From Mobula hypostoma (Eukaryota): a stretch of 64,000 nt of DNA. The position numbers and the translations under genes are program-made. The notes beneath the pieces are model-generated. The model was not told the origin of the DNA, searched no databases, and saw nothing but the letters and a program-made list of their open reading frames with translations. Position 1 is the stretch's first letter. Every line of letters begins with the position of its first letter. Positions 11,298-23,189 of this stretch are shown here, one piece after another. The DNA lies in contig NC_086097.1 of the NCBI RefSeq assembly GCF_963921235.1, positions 84,818,001 to 84,882,000 of the forward strand, written 5' to 3'.

Positions 11298-14200
11298 CCC
11301 AGCTCCTCTCAAAAACTTACTCATCAACTAAACTTGTTCCCTCTGGTCGTGGAACCTCTGCATTGGGAAACATTTCTTACTACTATCCCTATCTACGGAT
11401 CTCATAATTTTGTATATCTCTATCAAATCCTCCTTCCCCTCCTCTTTCCAGCATGATCTACTCCATGGAAAAGAAACACAGACTATCTAGCCCCTCAATG
11501 TAACTGAAACATCCTCCCCTTGTGCAAACTACTTGTGTAGTCCTCAGTGTGTAGGTGAATAGTGGAATTGCGATAGGTTAATTGGAATGTGAGGAAAATA
11601 AAAAATGGGATGAGTGTAATTGGCTGCTTCATTGTTGGTGGGGTCTCCCTGGACTGGAGACCCTGTTTTCATGTGTCACTACTCTGTGTTTGAGTGTTGT
11701 TCGTGCCTTCTAGCTGCACAACAGTGATTCTCAGTGCTATTCACTGCTCAGAAGTGACATTCCCACTATGGGAGTGTGTCTGGGAGATGAAGCCCCCCTT
11801 CTCCCATGCTGGAATGGGCATTGTGATTCAGAAGCTGACACTCAAGAGTGGATTAGTGGTTCAGGTTAAGACCCCTCTGTTCCACCCCCCTCTTTGTTGC
11901 TGTGTAGTGTTAAAAGGAAGGTCTTGAAGCAAAATGCTGCAAGGTTAGGTCTGCTGATGCATTGGAGATCTATCCATTACTGACTTACATGCACACTAGT
12001 CATTTGTGTTCTATATAAGGTCTGTCCCTTTGAGGAGTACTAGAAAGGCCCCTTTCCATTTTGTTAAGACTTGTTTCCCTGCTTGAAGATCTCTCTGCTT
12101 TGTTGTCCACAATTTGTATTTGTGCTTAATTTTTGCAACTCATTTGATAGTTGCATGCTGACTGGTGTCATCAGTGTATGTAAATTAGCCTCATGGAAAT
12201 GTGTGATTCAGATTGCTGTTATATGCCAAGTACACAAGGAAAGATCGGCTCTACTAGATTTTGATTTTGGCTTCGATTCAGTCATGAAATGCTTAATAGG
12301 CAAGAACCACCCGATTGCATTTTCAGACCAATTTATTTTAGGTCCTTCCGAATACGTTCATAAAGGGTAGAAGCTGAATTTCAAAGGGCAAGTCAATAAG
12401 AGAAAGTATGTGAGAATCAGATAAATCAACTTCATGGTTAGTTATTGCTAGTCACAGAACAGCCAAAGCCTGAGGCTGCAGAAATTGAGTCAGAAGGAAA
12501 AACTGGAACATAAAAGAAAACAACCAACTTGTCAGAAGTGTTGAAGTTACTACCCTCTCTATATGGCATAAACCAGGAGAATCTGGAGAACTATATCAAG
12601 GTTACATTTGGAGACTAAAGCAAGAAGCCATAGATTGAAAATGATGAAAGCAAATTAAAGACAGATGTTAACAGGTTCTTTTATTTTTCAGACAGAAGCC
12701 TAGAAAGTTATCTGGTGTAGGCAGCACACTGTATAATTTTGTTGGTATGTTGTATTCTGATTCTGATACTGGGCTCCAGTGAGTGGGATAGTTTCAGAGG
12801 CAGGAAATAATGTAATGTGCTGTTATGATATAAAATGTGTTTAGGCACTAATAACTGGGGAAAATTTTCTAGCCAGTAAGTTATCACATGAAATGGCCTT
12901 CTCAAAGGAACAATGAAGACAAATACTTGAAACTTGTTTTAGATGTCCTTCAATGACACAGTGGAAGATTTTCAATTTGTTGTTATTCTGGATTCATCAA
13001 GTTGGTCATCTATAGTTGAAAATGGAAGTAGCTATGAAAGAAGATTTTAGTCTGACCTTTGCTTTAGGAGGAGGTTATCAGGTGGACGAAGAAAAATATT
13101 CAAAAATTTACTCCAAGTTCTAATATGCCCACCGACTGAATGACTCCTACATGTCTCCAGCCTACAACGCCTCAAAGTGGAGATGGAATATTCAGCATGA
13201 GAACCAGTCTAAACTTCAGCAGACAGAAGACCCAGTGTCAGTGCAGAAAGAGTGAAACACTTCACAAGCTACTACTCCTTGACGTACTTCATTCATTTTT
13301 CATTGGCTGTGGCTCATAACTCTCTAAACGCTTCTTTTAAACTTACGGGACACATGTTACGAACTGCGCAGAAGAGGACCTTTGCTCCTTGGAATTCAGT
13401 ATCCTGGAGAGTTCTGGATACTTGCTGTTTACATATTCAAGTATGAGTGGAGATGTTTGGATTCAAAGTGAATCAAAGAATTTTGGGGGAGGAAGCTGAA
13501 GTGAATTTGAGATGTAGCCATAATTGTGTTGGGTGCAGAGAAGATCTGAGGAGTTGTACATCATATTCTTGTGTTATCATATCACAATATCTCCTGCTTC
13601 AAGATCTTTTATTTTAATGTGTGAGAAGACAAGGATCAGCCAACCAACAGAATAGACAAGTTGACAGTCTAAAGTAAGTCAATGACTCAGCAGTAGCCCT
13701 GAATAAAAGCCACAAGATATACGAGGATTGAAGTGTTTATATAAAAAAGCAGATATGCAGGCAGGTTTTAAATTAACACACTCAATATTTGATGATTTCT
13801 ATTGGATGAGTTATCTTAGAAGTTACTGAATTATAAGGGGATAGACTGTAGGGGAAACAGCACTGAAGAACTGTTTCGAAATAGTGATGGGATTCCAGAC
13901 TTTCATGTTTGTCAATATTTGGGGATTCCATCCTGAGGATTTTAACTTCATTGATACCCACTCTGGCCCCTCACCATCCACAATTCTATTCTAGTCTGGG
14001 CACACAGCACTTGCCCCAACTTTGGGTGTCCCTGTCTGCTAAGTTTATGTAGAAGCCCTGAATTAACTTATTTTTAAAAATCCAGCCAAGCCCTATCCAA
14101 ATAGTCAGGTTTTTTTTGATACCTGACCTCACATGACACATAAAGTCTATTGGGCTTGACGCAAGTTGACAGCGTATTAAAAACATGAAAATGAATATAG

Positions 14201-15199
14201 TTGTCCCATCTGAAAAATGATACAGACATTAAAATCATACATATGAACTAAAGTAATCTGACATATTCACCCACAGTTATTTCTGGCAAAGAGATGGAGC
14301 TCATATAATGGACCAAGTGGCCTCCTTTTGTGCTCTACAATGGCGTGTTTCTAATTGGCCACTGTAAACTTTCCCTAATATGTAGATAAATAGTGGAATC
14401 TTGGAGAAGTTGATGGGAATGTGGAGAGAATAAAATAGGATTGGTGTGGGAATGGTGTTAGATAGCTGCTGGGAAATCTTTTTCTGCTATGTGACATCAT
14501 GACTCAAAAAAACAACTTTTAATTATTAGAATAGTTTTTATATTCCTTAGCATGTTTCCTTCTCTACTGTAAGTTCAGTTATTTTTTTCCTAAGCTTTCC
14601 AAGGGATCTGAGGGATGTCTGCAGATTGAAACATTATGGGACTCTGCAGTTTCCATACAAAGTAGCCAATTCTCTCTCAAGCTCTGGAATTTTTACCTAA
14701 TGTGTGTAAGGCACATCTCATCTACCCAGTTGACTTCTCAAACCACTGTGGTGATGAGGCAGATTCATGCATCAGAGTATTGTCAGCAAGTTTGGGAGCG
14801 CTTATATTTGCCAAGAAGATTTGGCCCATTGCATCACTAGACTCCAGTATGTATCTTTGGAAACACAGGTGGTATTAAAAGTTACAGATAACATCTTAGC
14901 ACATAAATAAGAAAAAGTCTTTTGGATACAAAGTGCCCTTGTAACAACAGTTCTCAGAATCCATCCAGCCAATCCTTCTGATGCTGATTGAAACCAAGTT
15001 GGCCAATAAAATGGGCCCTGACAAACCCCCGTAGGGTCTTCTGCCTGAGGAGGTTGGCTGAAGTTGACAGTCTCTAACCACCAGTGAGAGAATCTCTTTG
15101 TGAGAAACTGATAAATAGGTTGAAATTCTGCCCATCACGGTAAAAAGTTGGGGGTTTGCATGCATTTCAAGACGATGGATATGGACTGCTGTGTTATGA

Positions 15200-15600
15200 A
15201 AGCTATTTGTTTCTAGTCTTGAGGCACTGGGCTAGATTGAAAAGGTCAAGGTGTTGGGGCCAGAGAGGAGGGACGAGGTGGTGTTCAGTTTGCTGCTCCA
15301 CGAGGTTTACTCATCTCTGTACTGAACTGAGGATGTGGCCTGTAACTGTTGGACTCCTGGATTGGCTGCAGTGATGACTGGTTTTGTGGCTGGGGACGCA
15401 CTTTTGTAACTTCAGTTCTGAATGTTAGTTACTTACTTTTATTGTTCTCATTTCTTTTTCTTCTGTGCATCTTCTTTTGACTGTCTTTTTTTAATGGGTT
15501 CATTTGGGTTTCTTTGTTTTGTGGCTACCTGTAAGGAGATGAATCTCAAGGTTGTATAAAGTATCCATACTTTGATAATAAATGTACTTTGAACTTTGAT
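15200..15600 (+). mobile_element. Non-autonomous / 3'-tail fragment of a Rex1-type non-LTR element
   Basis: It ends GAATCTCAAGGTTGTATA...ACTTTGATAATAAATGTACTTTGAACTTTGA, the reverse complement of the tail at ~27705-27780 that is joined to Rex1 RT remnants. Confidence 0.6.
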
Positions 15601-15789
15601 AGAGATTAGCATGTAGTGCAAAATCAAAGGGTGTCCAGGGATCAAACCTCAATTTACTGATATTTCTTAATCAAGAGTATTTACAGTGGACAAACATAGA
15701 TGATATATCACATGCTTGAAGGGAAGTTAACCCTGCCCAAGAGGGCAAGTTTTGTGTCTTTCACATTGTTTTCTTTAGTAAATTTAGTG

Positions 15790-16352
15790 GTGAGTTAAAG
15801 AAAGATGAGATAATGTTGCAGCTCTATAAAACCCTTGGGCCACACTTGGAATACTGTATTTTGTCCTGGTTGCCTCATTATAGGAAGGATGTGGAAGCTT
15901 TAGCGAGGGTGCAAAGGAGATTTGCCAGGATGCTGCCTGCACTAGGGAGCATGTCTTTTGAGGAAAGGTTGAATGAGCTAGGGCTTTTCTCTTTAGAACA
16001 CAGAAGGATGAGAGAAGACTTGATAGAAGTGTACAAGATGTTAAAAGACATGTACTGAGCAGGTAGCCAGAGTGAAAATGGCTAAAATGAGGGGGAATAA
16101 TTTTAAGGTGATTGGGGGAAGTATAGGAGGATGACAGAAGTATTTTTTTTTACACAGAGAGAGGTTGGTGTATGAAACACCTTGCAGGGTGGTGGTAGAG
16201 GCAGATACATTAGGGGCATTTAAGAAACTCTTGGATGTGCACATGGATGATAGGGAAATGAGAGGGAAAGGTTAGATTGATTTGAGAGTAGGTTAAAAGG
16301 GTGAGCATTGTGGTCAAGGGGCTGAAGGGGCAGTAGTTTGCTGTAGTGTTCT
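15790..16352 (+). mobile_element. CR1-clade LINE 3' fragment
   Basis: ORF 15813-16058 reads MLQLYKTLGPHLEYC...RVQRRFARMLP...GLFSLE.RRMREDLIEVYKML, followed by a CR1 3' UTR. Confidence 0.9.
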
Positions 16353-18253
16353 GTGACAGTCTTGGCTTGCTAGTAAAAGGGTAGGTTGATCAAATGGGAT
16401 CATGTGGGGAATTATGTGTGGATCACCAGAGCAGAAGAGAGTTGAAAGTAAATTTCCCTATGCCTAGGCCAAGTGACTGGGCCAAATCGGTAGACTCAGT
16501 TTTTTCTTTAATGTTTATTTTATTATATCTTTAAACATCACCTCTAGAGATGCAGTGACGGCATTTTGATGTGGAGCACTGAGCTACAGCCGCTTGTCCT
16601 CACTCTGCTGACATCACAGTCTCATCTTTGGTGGATGAAAAGGTTTGTTAGGAGTGGTGTTGTAAGTAACCAACATTTGAGTCACTGCCAGCAGCTCGCT
16701 CAGAGAAACCCTGGGACTCACGTCCCCAAGTCGCCTCAGTCAGAAGCGTAGGACACCTTGTGCTTAAGAAGGGGATGGCTCAGGCCAGTTTTGTCCTTTG
16801 TGATTAATGACCCTTTTAGCAAGAACATCAGACCGATTACTTTGCATCCAGATGGGAGAATGGTCCAATCGTGATTTGTTTTATGAGGAAGACCCAATTT
16901 CAGCTTTTTCATCTCCATGCAGGCATCCAGCAGTGCAGTCTACGCTGTTGAACAAGCGACAACAAGCATACTGCACTTCCAATTTTGGATGCACATATAC
17001 AGGTTTCCCCCGCCATCCGAAGGTAGAGCGTTCCTATGAAACGGTTCGTAAGCCGAAATGTCATAAAGCGAAGAAGCAATTACCATTTATTTATATGGGA
17101 AAACTTTGTGAGCGTTCGCAGACCCAAAAATAACCTACCAAATCATGCCAAATAACACATAAAACCTAAAATAACAGTAAAACTTAGTAAAAGCAGGAAT
17201 GATATGATAAATACACAGCCTATATAAAGTAGAAATACTTTTCCACAATCATTACTGCACTGTTCTCTGTAGCGAAAATCTCACGCAAGCGCCGTAAGCA
17301 GAAAATCTCACACAAGCGCTGTCGGCAAAAACACGGCGCAAGCGCTCTCCAGTAACCTTTAAGCTATGAAGCTGCCAAATCATACCAAATAACACGTAAA
17401 AATACACAGCCTATATAAAGTAGAAATAATGTATGTACAGTGTAGTATCACTTACCGGAATCGGGAAGACAGCGCAGAGCACACTGATGATGGTGTGTTA
17501 GGCTGAGTCGGAGTTTGGGTGGTGCAGTGGCCCCCACCCTCCAGGCCGCTGAGTGATACATTGCAGCGAAGCATGCAGGGGTGCAGCGGTATCTGGGAGG
17601 CACACAGCACATCTTTAAGAAAAAAGCCGAAACAAACATGCTAATTAATTAGGTGCCACCCGGCACGTAATTGTCGGCCCAGATCAGTGCCGATTTCCGA
17701 TCGCGTCGTCTCTGATCTGGGCCAACAACTATGTGTCGGCGGCACCTAATTAATTAACGTGTTTATTTCGGCTTTTTTCTTAAAGATGCTGTGTGCCTCC
17801 CGGCTACCATTGCATTCTCCGCGAATCGGTATCTGACTGTGGCCTGGGGGTTGGGGTGGTGGGACACTGGGGTGTCATCTCATCATCGTCTGTTTCCATT
17901 AGAGCAGGCAGCTCATCTTCTTCTATCTCTGCCCGCCTCGATATCGAAGGTCAAGGTTCGTCCTTTGCTGTGGCTGATGTGGAAGGCTTGCTTGACTGCT
18001 GAGCCTCACGCATTTTTTAATCACACAGTTCTTTGTAAGGACTCAAACCATCCTGCAAATATCCCCTAAACCGACGTACCCTTTCAAAATTAAAGTCGTA
18101 CTTTATCATTACTCATTTGGTATCGATTGTTATCTTTTTTTCTTCCAATTGCATCAGCTCTTCATCTATTAGATCTTGGTCATGGGATGCCAAAACCTCT
18201 TCAACATCATGTTCGTCAGCTTCCACAAGCCAAACTCACTTTGTCCTTACTTC

Positions 18254-18469
18254 AAACAACAGGAATTCTGCAGATGCTGGAAATTCAAGCAACACACATA
18301 AAAGTTGCTGGTGAACGCAGCAGGCTAGGCAGCATCTCTAGGAAGAGGTGCAGTCGACGTTTCAGGCCTTCGTCCTGACGAAGGGTCTCGGCCTGAAACG
18401 TCGACTGCACCTCTTCCTAGAGATGCTGCCTGGCCTGCTGCGTTCACCAGCAACTTTTATGTGTGTTGC
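18254..18469. mobile_element. Palindromic Penelope-derived insertion nested in the Tigger element
   Basis: Two inverted ~80-bp copies of the Penelope-like terminus with one mismatch, flanked by a 13-bp duplication TTGTCCTTACTTC (18241-18253, 18470-18482). Confidence 0.88.
18372..18405 (+). ncRNA. Minimal type I hammerhead ribozyme motif (Penelope-associated)
   Basis: GTC-CTGACGA-AGG(GTCTCGG)CCT-GAAA-CG-TC/GAC: CUGANGA and GAAA cores, stem II, stem I GTC/GAC, and a palindromic ACGT in place of stem III. Predicted cleavage is after 18402. Confidence 0.7.
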
Positions 18470-19521
18470 TTGTCCTTACTTCGTTCACCACGATCGAAAC
18501 GCTTAATTATGTCTAGTTTTACGCTAAGTGTAACACCCTTACGAGCTCTTTTAGGCTTTTCCAATACCATAGAACTCATCTTTCAAACGACTGCTCACAG
18601 GCATGTGTTTAAGCAATGCTGGTGAGAATGCCGTTCCAAATCCGGGGGAGAGCGGCTGCTTGGGGCGCGCGCTGCTTTTTTTTCGTAACAGTGAAAACAC
18701 CTTCTGAAAGCGAAAACAGGGTACTAATGTAGCTCTTTCGTAACAGCGAGGTTTCGTAAAGCGAATGTTTGAAAAGCGGGGGACACCTGTATTAAGTTAT
18801 AGGCTTGAATTCTGTTCCGTGGATTCAGTCTGTGGATTTTTGTTGCATTCCCGCTGTTATCCCTTACTCAGGAATACTCTGCTGTACATAATTTGAGGTG
18901 CAGTCTCACCAAGGTCCTATTTAATTTCTTGTAATATGTCATTTCTCTTATGCTCACACTGTTTGCCATTTTGCTTGCATTCCGTTATTGCTGTTTTCAA
19001 AGCTGGCACTTCCTAAGCCGTTTCCTCTTGGTTCCAGTTTTGGATATAATCTATGCTCTCTCAATCAGCCATTTGGGATGAGGTGTTTCATTCAATGTCA
19101 TGGTACTTGATCATTAAATGAACAAAGGAAGAAAAGGGGAAGGTAAACAGAAGTAAAGCAGAAAATACGGGAAATATTCAGCTCAGGCAGCATCAGTAGA
19201 GAGAGAAGCAGTTAATAATGCCATAGTTGTGTCTTTATTTTGAGGCTATTGTCTTTCCATCTCATTCAAGAGAATAGAGCAATGTGACAAAGCTTGAGAT
19301 ATTTACGTAGTCTAGAATATTTTAAGACTATTTTCTAAAATATTATTTTAATTTATACAATATGAAGTAACTCAGAATGCAGATAATCCATTTATTCTGT
19401 AAATTGCTCTTGATTTTTTCTTTGCCCTACTTGGTAAAGTACCAGCTGTGAATTTGCATATAGAAAGACAGAACTTGCATTTACGTTGTGCTATATCTCT
19501 TTCCAGCTCATCCTAACCTTT

Positions 19522-19600
19522 ACGGGATTCCCAACCTGGGGTCCGGGACCCCTTGCTTAATGGTATTGGTCCATGGCATAAAAACGGTTGGGAACCCCTG
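19522..19600. mobile_element. Short hAT/Charlie-like MITE remnant
   Basis: Ends ..GGGATTCCCAAC and GTTGGGAACCCCTG are inverted (consensus CAGGGGTTCCCAAC). The TSD is unclear. Confidence 0.55.
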
Positions 19601-20129
19601 TCCTTAAGTAATGACAGATTAATTTTGGAGCTCAGTAACTGACATGATGTAGCAAACACAGGAATCATTTTGCACAAGCAGCAGATGGAGTAAACCAATA
19701 GTGTGGGCCAGGGAAGGATATTAAGAGAGAAATGGGTGAAGTGCTTGTTATTCAAATGGTGTGCCTCTGGGGTAGGACATCTTTGTATAAAGCCTCTTCT
19801 GATCATGCAGCTTTCTTTCAGTAGTGCCCTGTTGAGATCATTTTGCCATCTCTGCAGTGGGACTTCAACTCTCAATCTTCTCTTCTGAGGTAAATTCTAC
19901 CAAATGGGCCAAGCTGAAATCTGTACAAGATCGGTCACCTTTAGGTTTTGATATCCTTGGTTGTCTTTAGTGATGTGAAGTAATTGAAAAGCAGCAATCT
20001 TATCCCATGTTTGGTTGTATATTCCTTCCACAAATAGTGGTGGGAAGCACTGAGCTAGATCTCTGTCTCCTGATTGGTGGGGGATGCTTACTGTACAGAG
20101 TGTTACTGTGTTTACCTTAACACCGCATC

Positions 20130-20580
20130 TCAATGATAATTTATTGTGTTTTAAGTAGACTGTACCTGGAATGGGAAGGTTGTCTTTTGAGGAAAGATTA
20201 GGTAAGCGAGACATGTTTTGACAAGAGGAGTTAGAGGTGACTTGATGAAACATATATGGTTCTGAGGGTCTTTTCATTGTGAAGGTGGGGAGGACATTTC
20301 CTCTGGCAGGAAAATCTTGGGGTCATTGTTAAAGGATTTCCAAGGAGGGTACAGATGAAGTGAAATTCTTTCTCTTTGAATGTGAGCCTTTGAAATTCTC
20401 TTCCTCAAGAGGCAGTGGAAGCTTTTTATAGAGATTAATGTAATTTTTCTAAGCAAATGGAGGAGAAGTTACTGGAAATAGATGGGAATGTGGAAATGAG
20501 GTTTCAATCAGATCAGCTATGATTAAATAGTAGAACTGTTTCAAGGAGCTGGGGGTGGTCCATTCCTGTTCCTAATTTGT
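20130..20580 (+). mobile_element. Old CR1 3' fragment
   Basis: Decayed PGM.GLS.EERL...RGDL.ETY region followed by a CR1-like 3' UTR. Confidence 0.7.
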
Positions 20581-22319
20581 ATGTTCATATGGACATTTGA
20601 ATGTACACACTTGGACATATGTGGATGAGATAATGTGCTATGAATCCTGTATTTCTTGTGATTCATGTATCTGCTGTGTTTCTAATGGATTGCATTTAAA
20701 AAAAATCATAACCCTGTTGAGTCTTGCTCATCTGTATTTACCTTTTGGAGAAAAAATAATTGCTCATGGAGTCACATTAATGTATTGTTGAGATTCTTGT
20801 GGATACAAAATTCTATATAAATGCAACAGGATAAATTTGTAAAAATGATCTCTCTAAACTCACCTGTTATTTCTAATGTGAGCAATATTTTAATCTTAAC
20901 TAGTTAGCTTACCAAGTAGGAATAACAGGTTGGTTCTACATAATTTGTTCTAATTGTAGAGGCTAGAATCTTCATTTAATCAACCACACATCCGTGCAAA
21001 CAATTAAAAGATGAATTGTAAGATTGGATTCCTTGACTCCTCCAAGTAATGTGTAAATGTTGTCTCATCTGGACTTGGTTGCTGCTCTGTGAGTTAACCC
21101 ATTATGCTAGAATATCTTATTTGAAAGCTGGTATTGGATCTCTGCTTGACACAATTGTCGATTTGATGTGTGTGAGCAGATGTTCCATCTGATATGTGCA
21201 GAAAGTCATGGCGATGTTGTTTTATGGCATTAATAACTAAGTGTAATGCTAGGTATTCTACTTTGGTTCAATGCCTTTTGCTGAGTGAGGACTCTAAGCT
21301 GGAATGTGTTGTTATGTGTTGTTAAATCAAAGAAGCCACGTGGATCGAATAAAGCACATAGCCCATTACAAATGCTGAGTCTAGCCTTGCCTAACATAGT
21401 GCAAGATATAATCAGCTTGTGACTTGATGGTAAATACTACCTTACTTTTGACTGCCCATTCTTACCGATGTGGCACTTCCATTATGTCGAATTGAAAATG
21501 CTGGTGCAAGCACATCTGAGTGTAAGAAGACCCAAGGACTCAGGTCCAAGGCCAGTATTATTAGTTGAACTCAAGAGTTCCATCAGTTATCAATTTGTTG
21601 GGACTTGTCTTTCCCAGCTGTATCAGTATCAGCCTGGATATATCTGGGTCAGGGGTATCAGGGTGAATTCTAGGAGTACAAGCCTTTGTGATGTAAAAAC
21701 TTACGGCCTCATTACCTACAGAAAGTAAACTGCTGGAGGAAAAGCAAATGTACAGACCCTTAAATATGAGAACTGTGGCTTCACTTTACAACCATCCAAT
21801 AGCTAATGTACCTTGGTGAAATAACTCTCCAGTTAGCACTGGCATCCCAAGAGAGAGCAGTGTGTTAAATGATTTAAAAGGTTGCCAACTCATATTATAG
21901 ATGTGAGGTAACGATGAAAGAATGCTCCCAAGTCCTCCAAAAAGATACTTTTTTATTTTTGAACTTGGATGAAAGGGTCCTTTTGAAAAGCTGATAGTCT
22001 CAGAAACTGTTGATCTCTTGTAACTTACACGAGGCCTCCTCAGCATCCTCCCTCAAACTGGCTGTTTGGACAAGCAATTCATTTTTTTTTTAGAAAATAG
22101 AGCCGGACAGAAGAGTCAAAACTAAACAAATGGATCTGAATTTTTAAAAGAAAAACCTCAGCAGTTGGCTGCAGGAAAATCATCATCTCACATCTACAAA
22201 TAGAGCTCAAACATTCATGGCAGTCTTTACAAGGAGTTCGTCTCCTTCCAAACCGTTTGACCTGAATTGAGCCACTGATCCTTCTGGAGGGCTCCACGCT
22301 TAGTTTCGGCTTTCAGGTT

Positions 22320-22510
22320 TTTTTTTATTGAGATACATTGCAGAATAGACCCTTCCAGCCCTTCAAGTCGCACCACCCACAAATCCCCTGGTTTAATCCC
22401 AATCACGGGACAATTTACAGTGACCAATAAAGAGCATATAAGCTTCTTACAGGCAGCGGCTGGAATTGAATCTGGGTCACAGGTACTGTAAAGTGTTGTG
22501 CTACCATGCT
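22320..22510 (-). mobile_element. tRNA-derived SINE
   Basis: Minus-strand head with a B-box-like GATTCAATTCC and a CR1-like tail. Same family as 32240-32523 and 43935-44440. Confidence 0.6.
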
Positions 22511-22549
22511 ATCCCAGATTTTATTTGACTTGGGAGAGGGATCAGAAAG

Positions 22550-23185
22550 TAAGGTGTCCAAGTTTTTGCCAATGACTTGGAAATAGATGGCAGGACATGC
22601 TGCAGTGGAGATATTGTGACTATTGATAGATTGAGTGAAGACTTGGGAAATGTGGTAAAGGGTAAGATCATGCAGTCAGTCAGAAGACTCAAAAGTCAGA
22701 ATATTGTCTAAATGGGAAAAAAAAAATTACCAAATGACTGAAGTACCAAGGGATCTGGGGATGTTCTTTTGCATTAATTAGAAAAAATAGCAAGCAGCTG
22801 CAAGCAATAGTTAAGAAAGCAAATGACGTATTGCCTTTCATTGTAAAGGGGTTGGAATTTAGAAATTGGGAAGTATTGTTACAATTATACGGTGCATGGG
22901 TTTTGCTCCTTTGTTGTAAAAGAGCACACTGGTATTAGAGGCAACCTAAAAGAGTTTACTAGGCTAATTCCTTGAATGAGCAGTTTGCCTGATTTGGGGA
23001 GGCTAAACAGGTAACGTCTGTTTTCTTTGGTATTTTGAAGAATAAGGAGTGATCTCATTGAAACATATAAGATTCCAATGGGGCTTGACGGGGTGGATGT
23101 GGAGGTGTACGTGAATCTCAATCAAGAGCGACAGACTTTCAACATAAGTAGCAGGCTGTTTAAAACAAAGGTATGTAACCAAAGT
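22550..23185 (+). mobile_element. Old CR1 LINE, interrupted (continues at ~26040-26280)
   Basis: KANDVLPFI.KGLEFRNWEVLLQLY...RSDLIETYKI.MGLDGVDVE. The missing 3' part resumes right after the Rex1 element. Confidence 0.8.
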
Positions 23186-23189
23186 GTAA

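Larger units (their letters stand above)
17000..18789 (-). mobile_element. Tigger/pogo-type DNA transposon, internally deleted
   Basis: TIRs CAGGTTTCCCCCGC / GCGGGGGACACCTG with TA on both sides (16998-16999, 18790-18791). A minus-strand remnant VEADEHDVEEVLASHDQDLIDEELMQLEEK (~18125-18225) matches the acidic C-terminus of Tigger transposases. Confidence 0.9.

Noticed and set aside
21786..22297. Adjacent minus-strand ORFs of 72-86 aa in unique DNA
   Set aside because: No recognisable domain or consistent splice boundaries; lengths are expected by chance.
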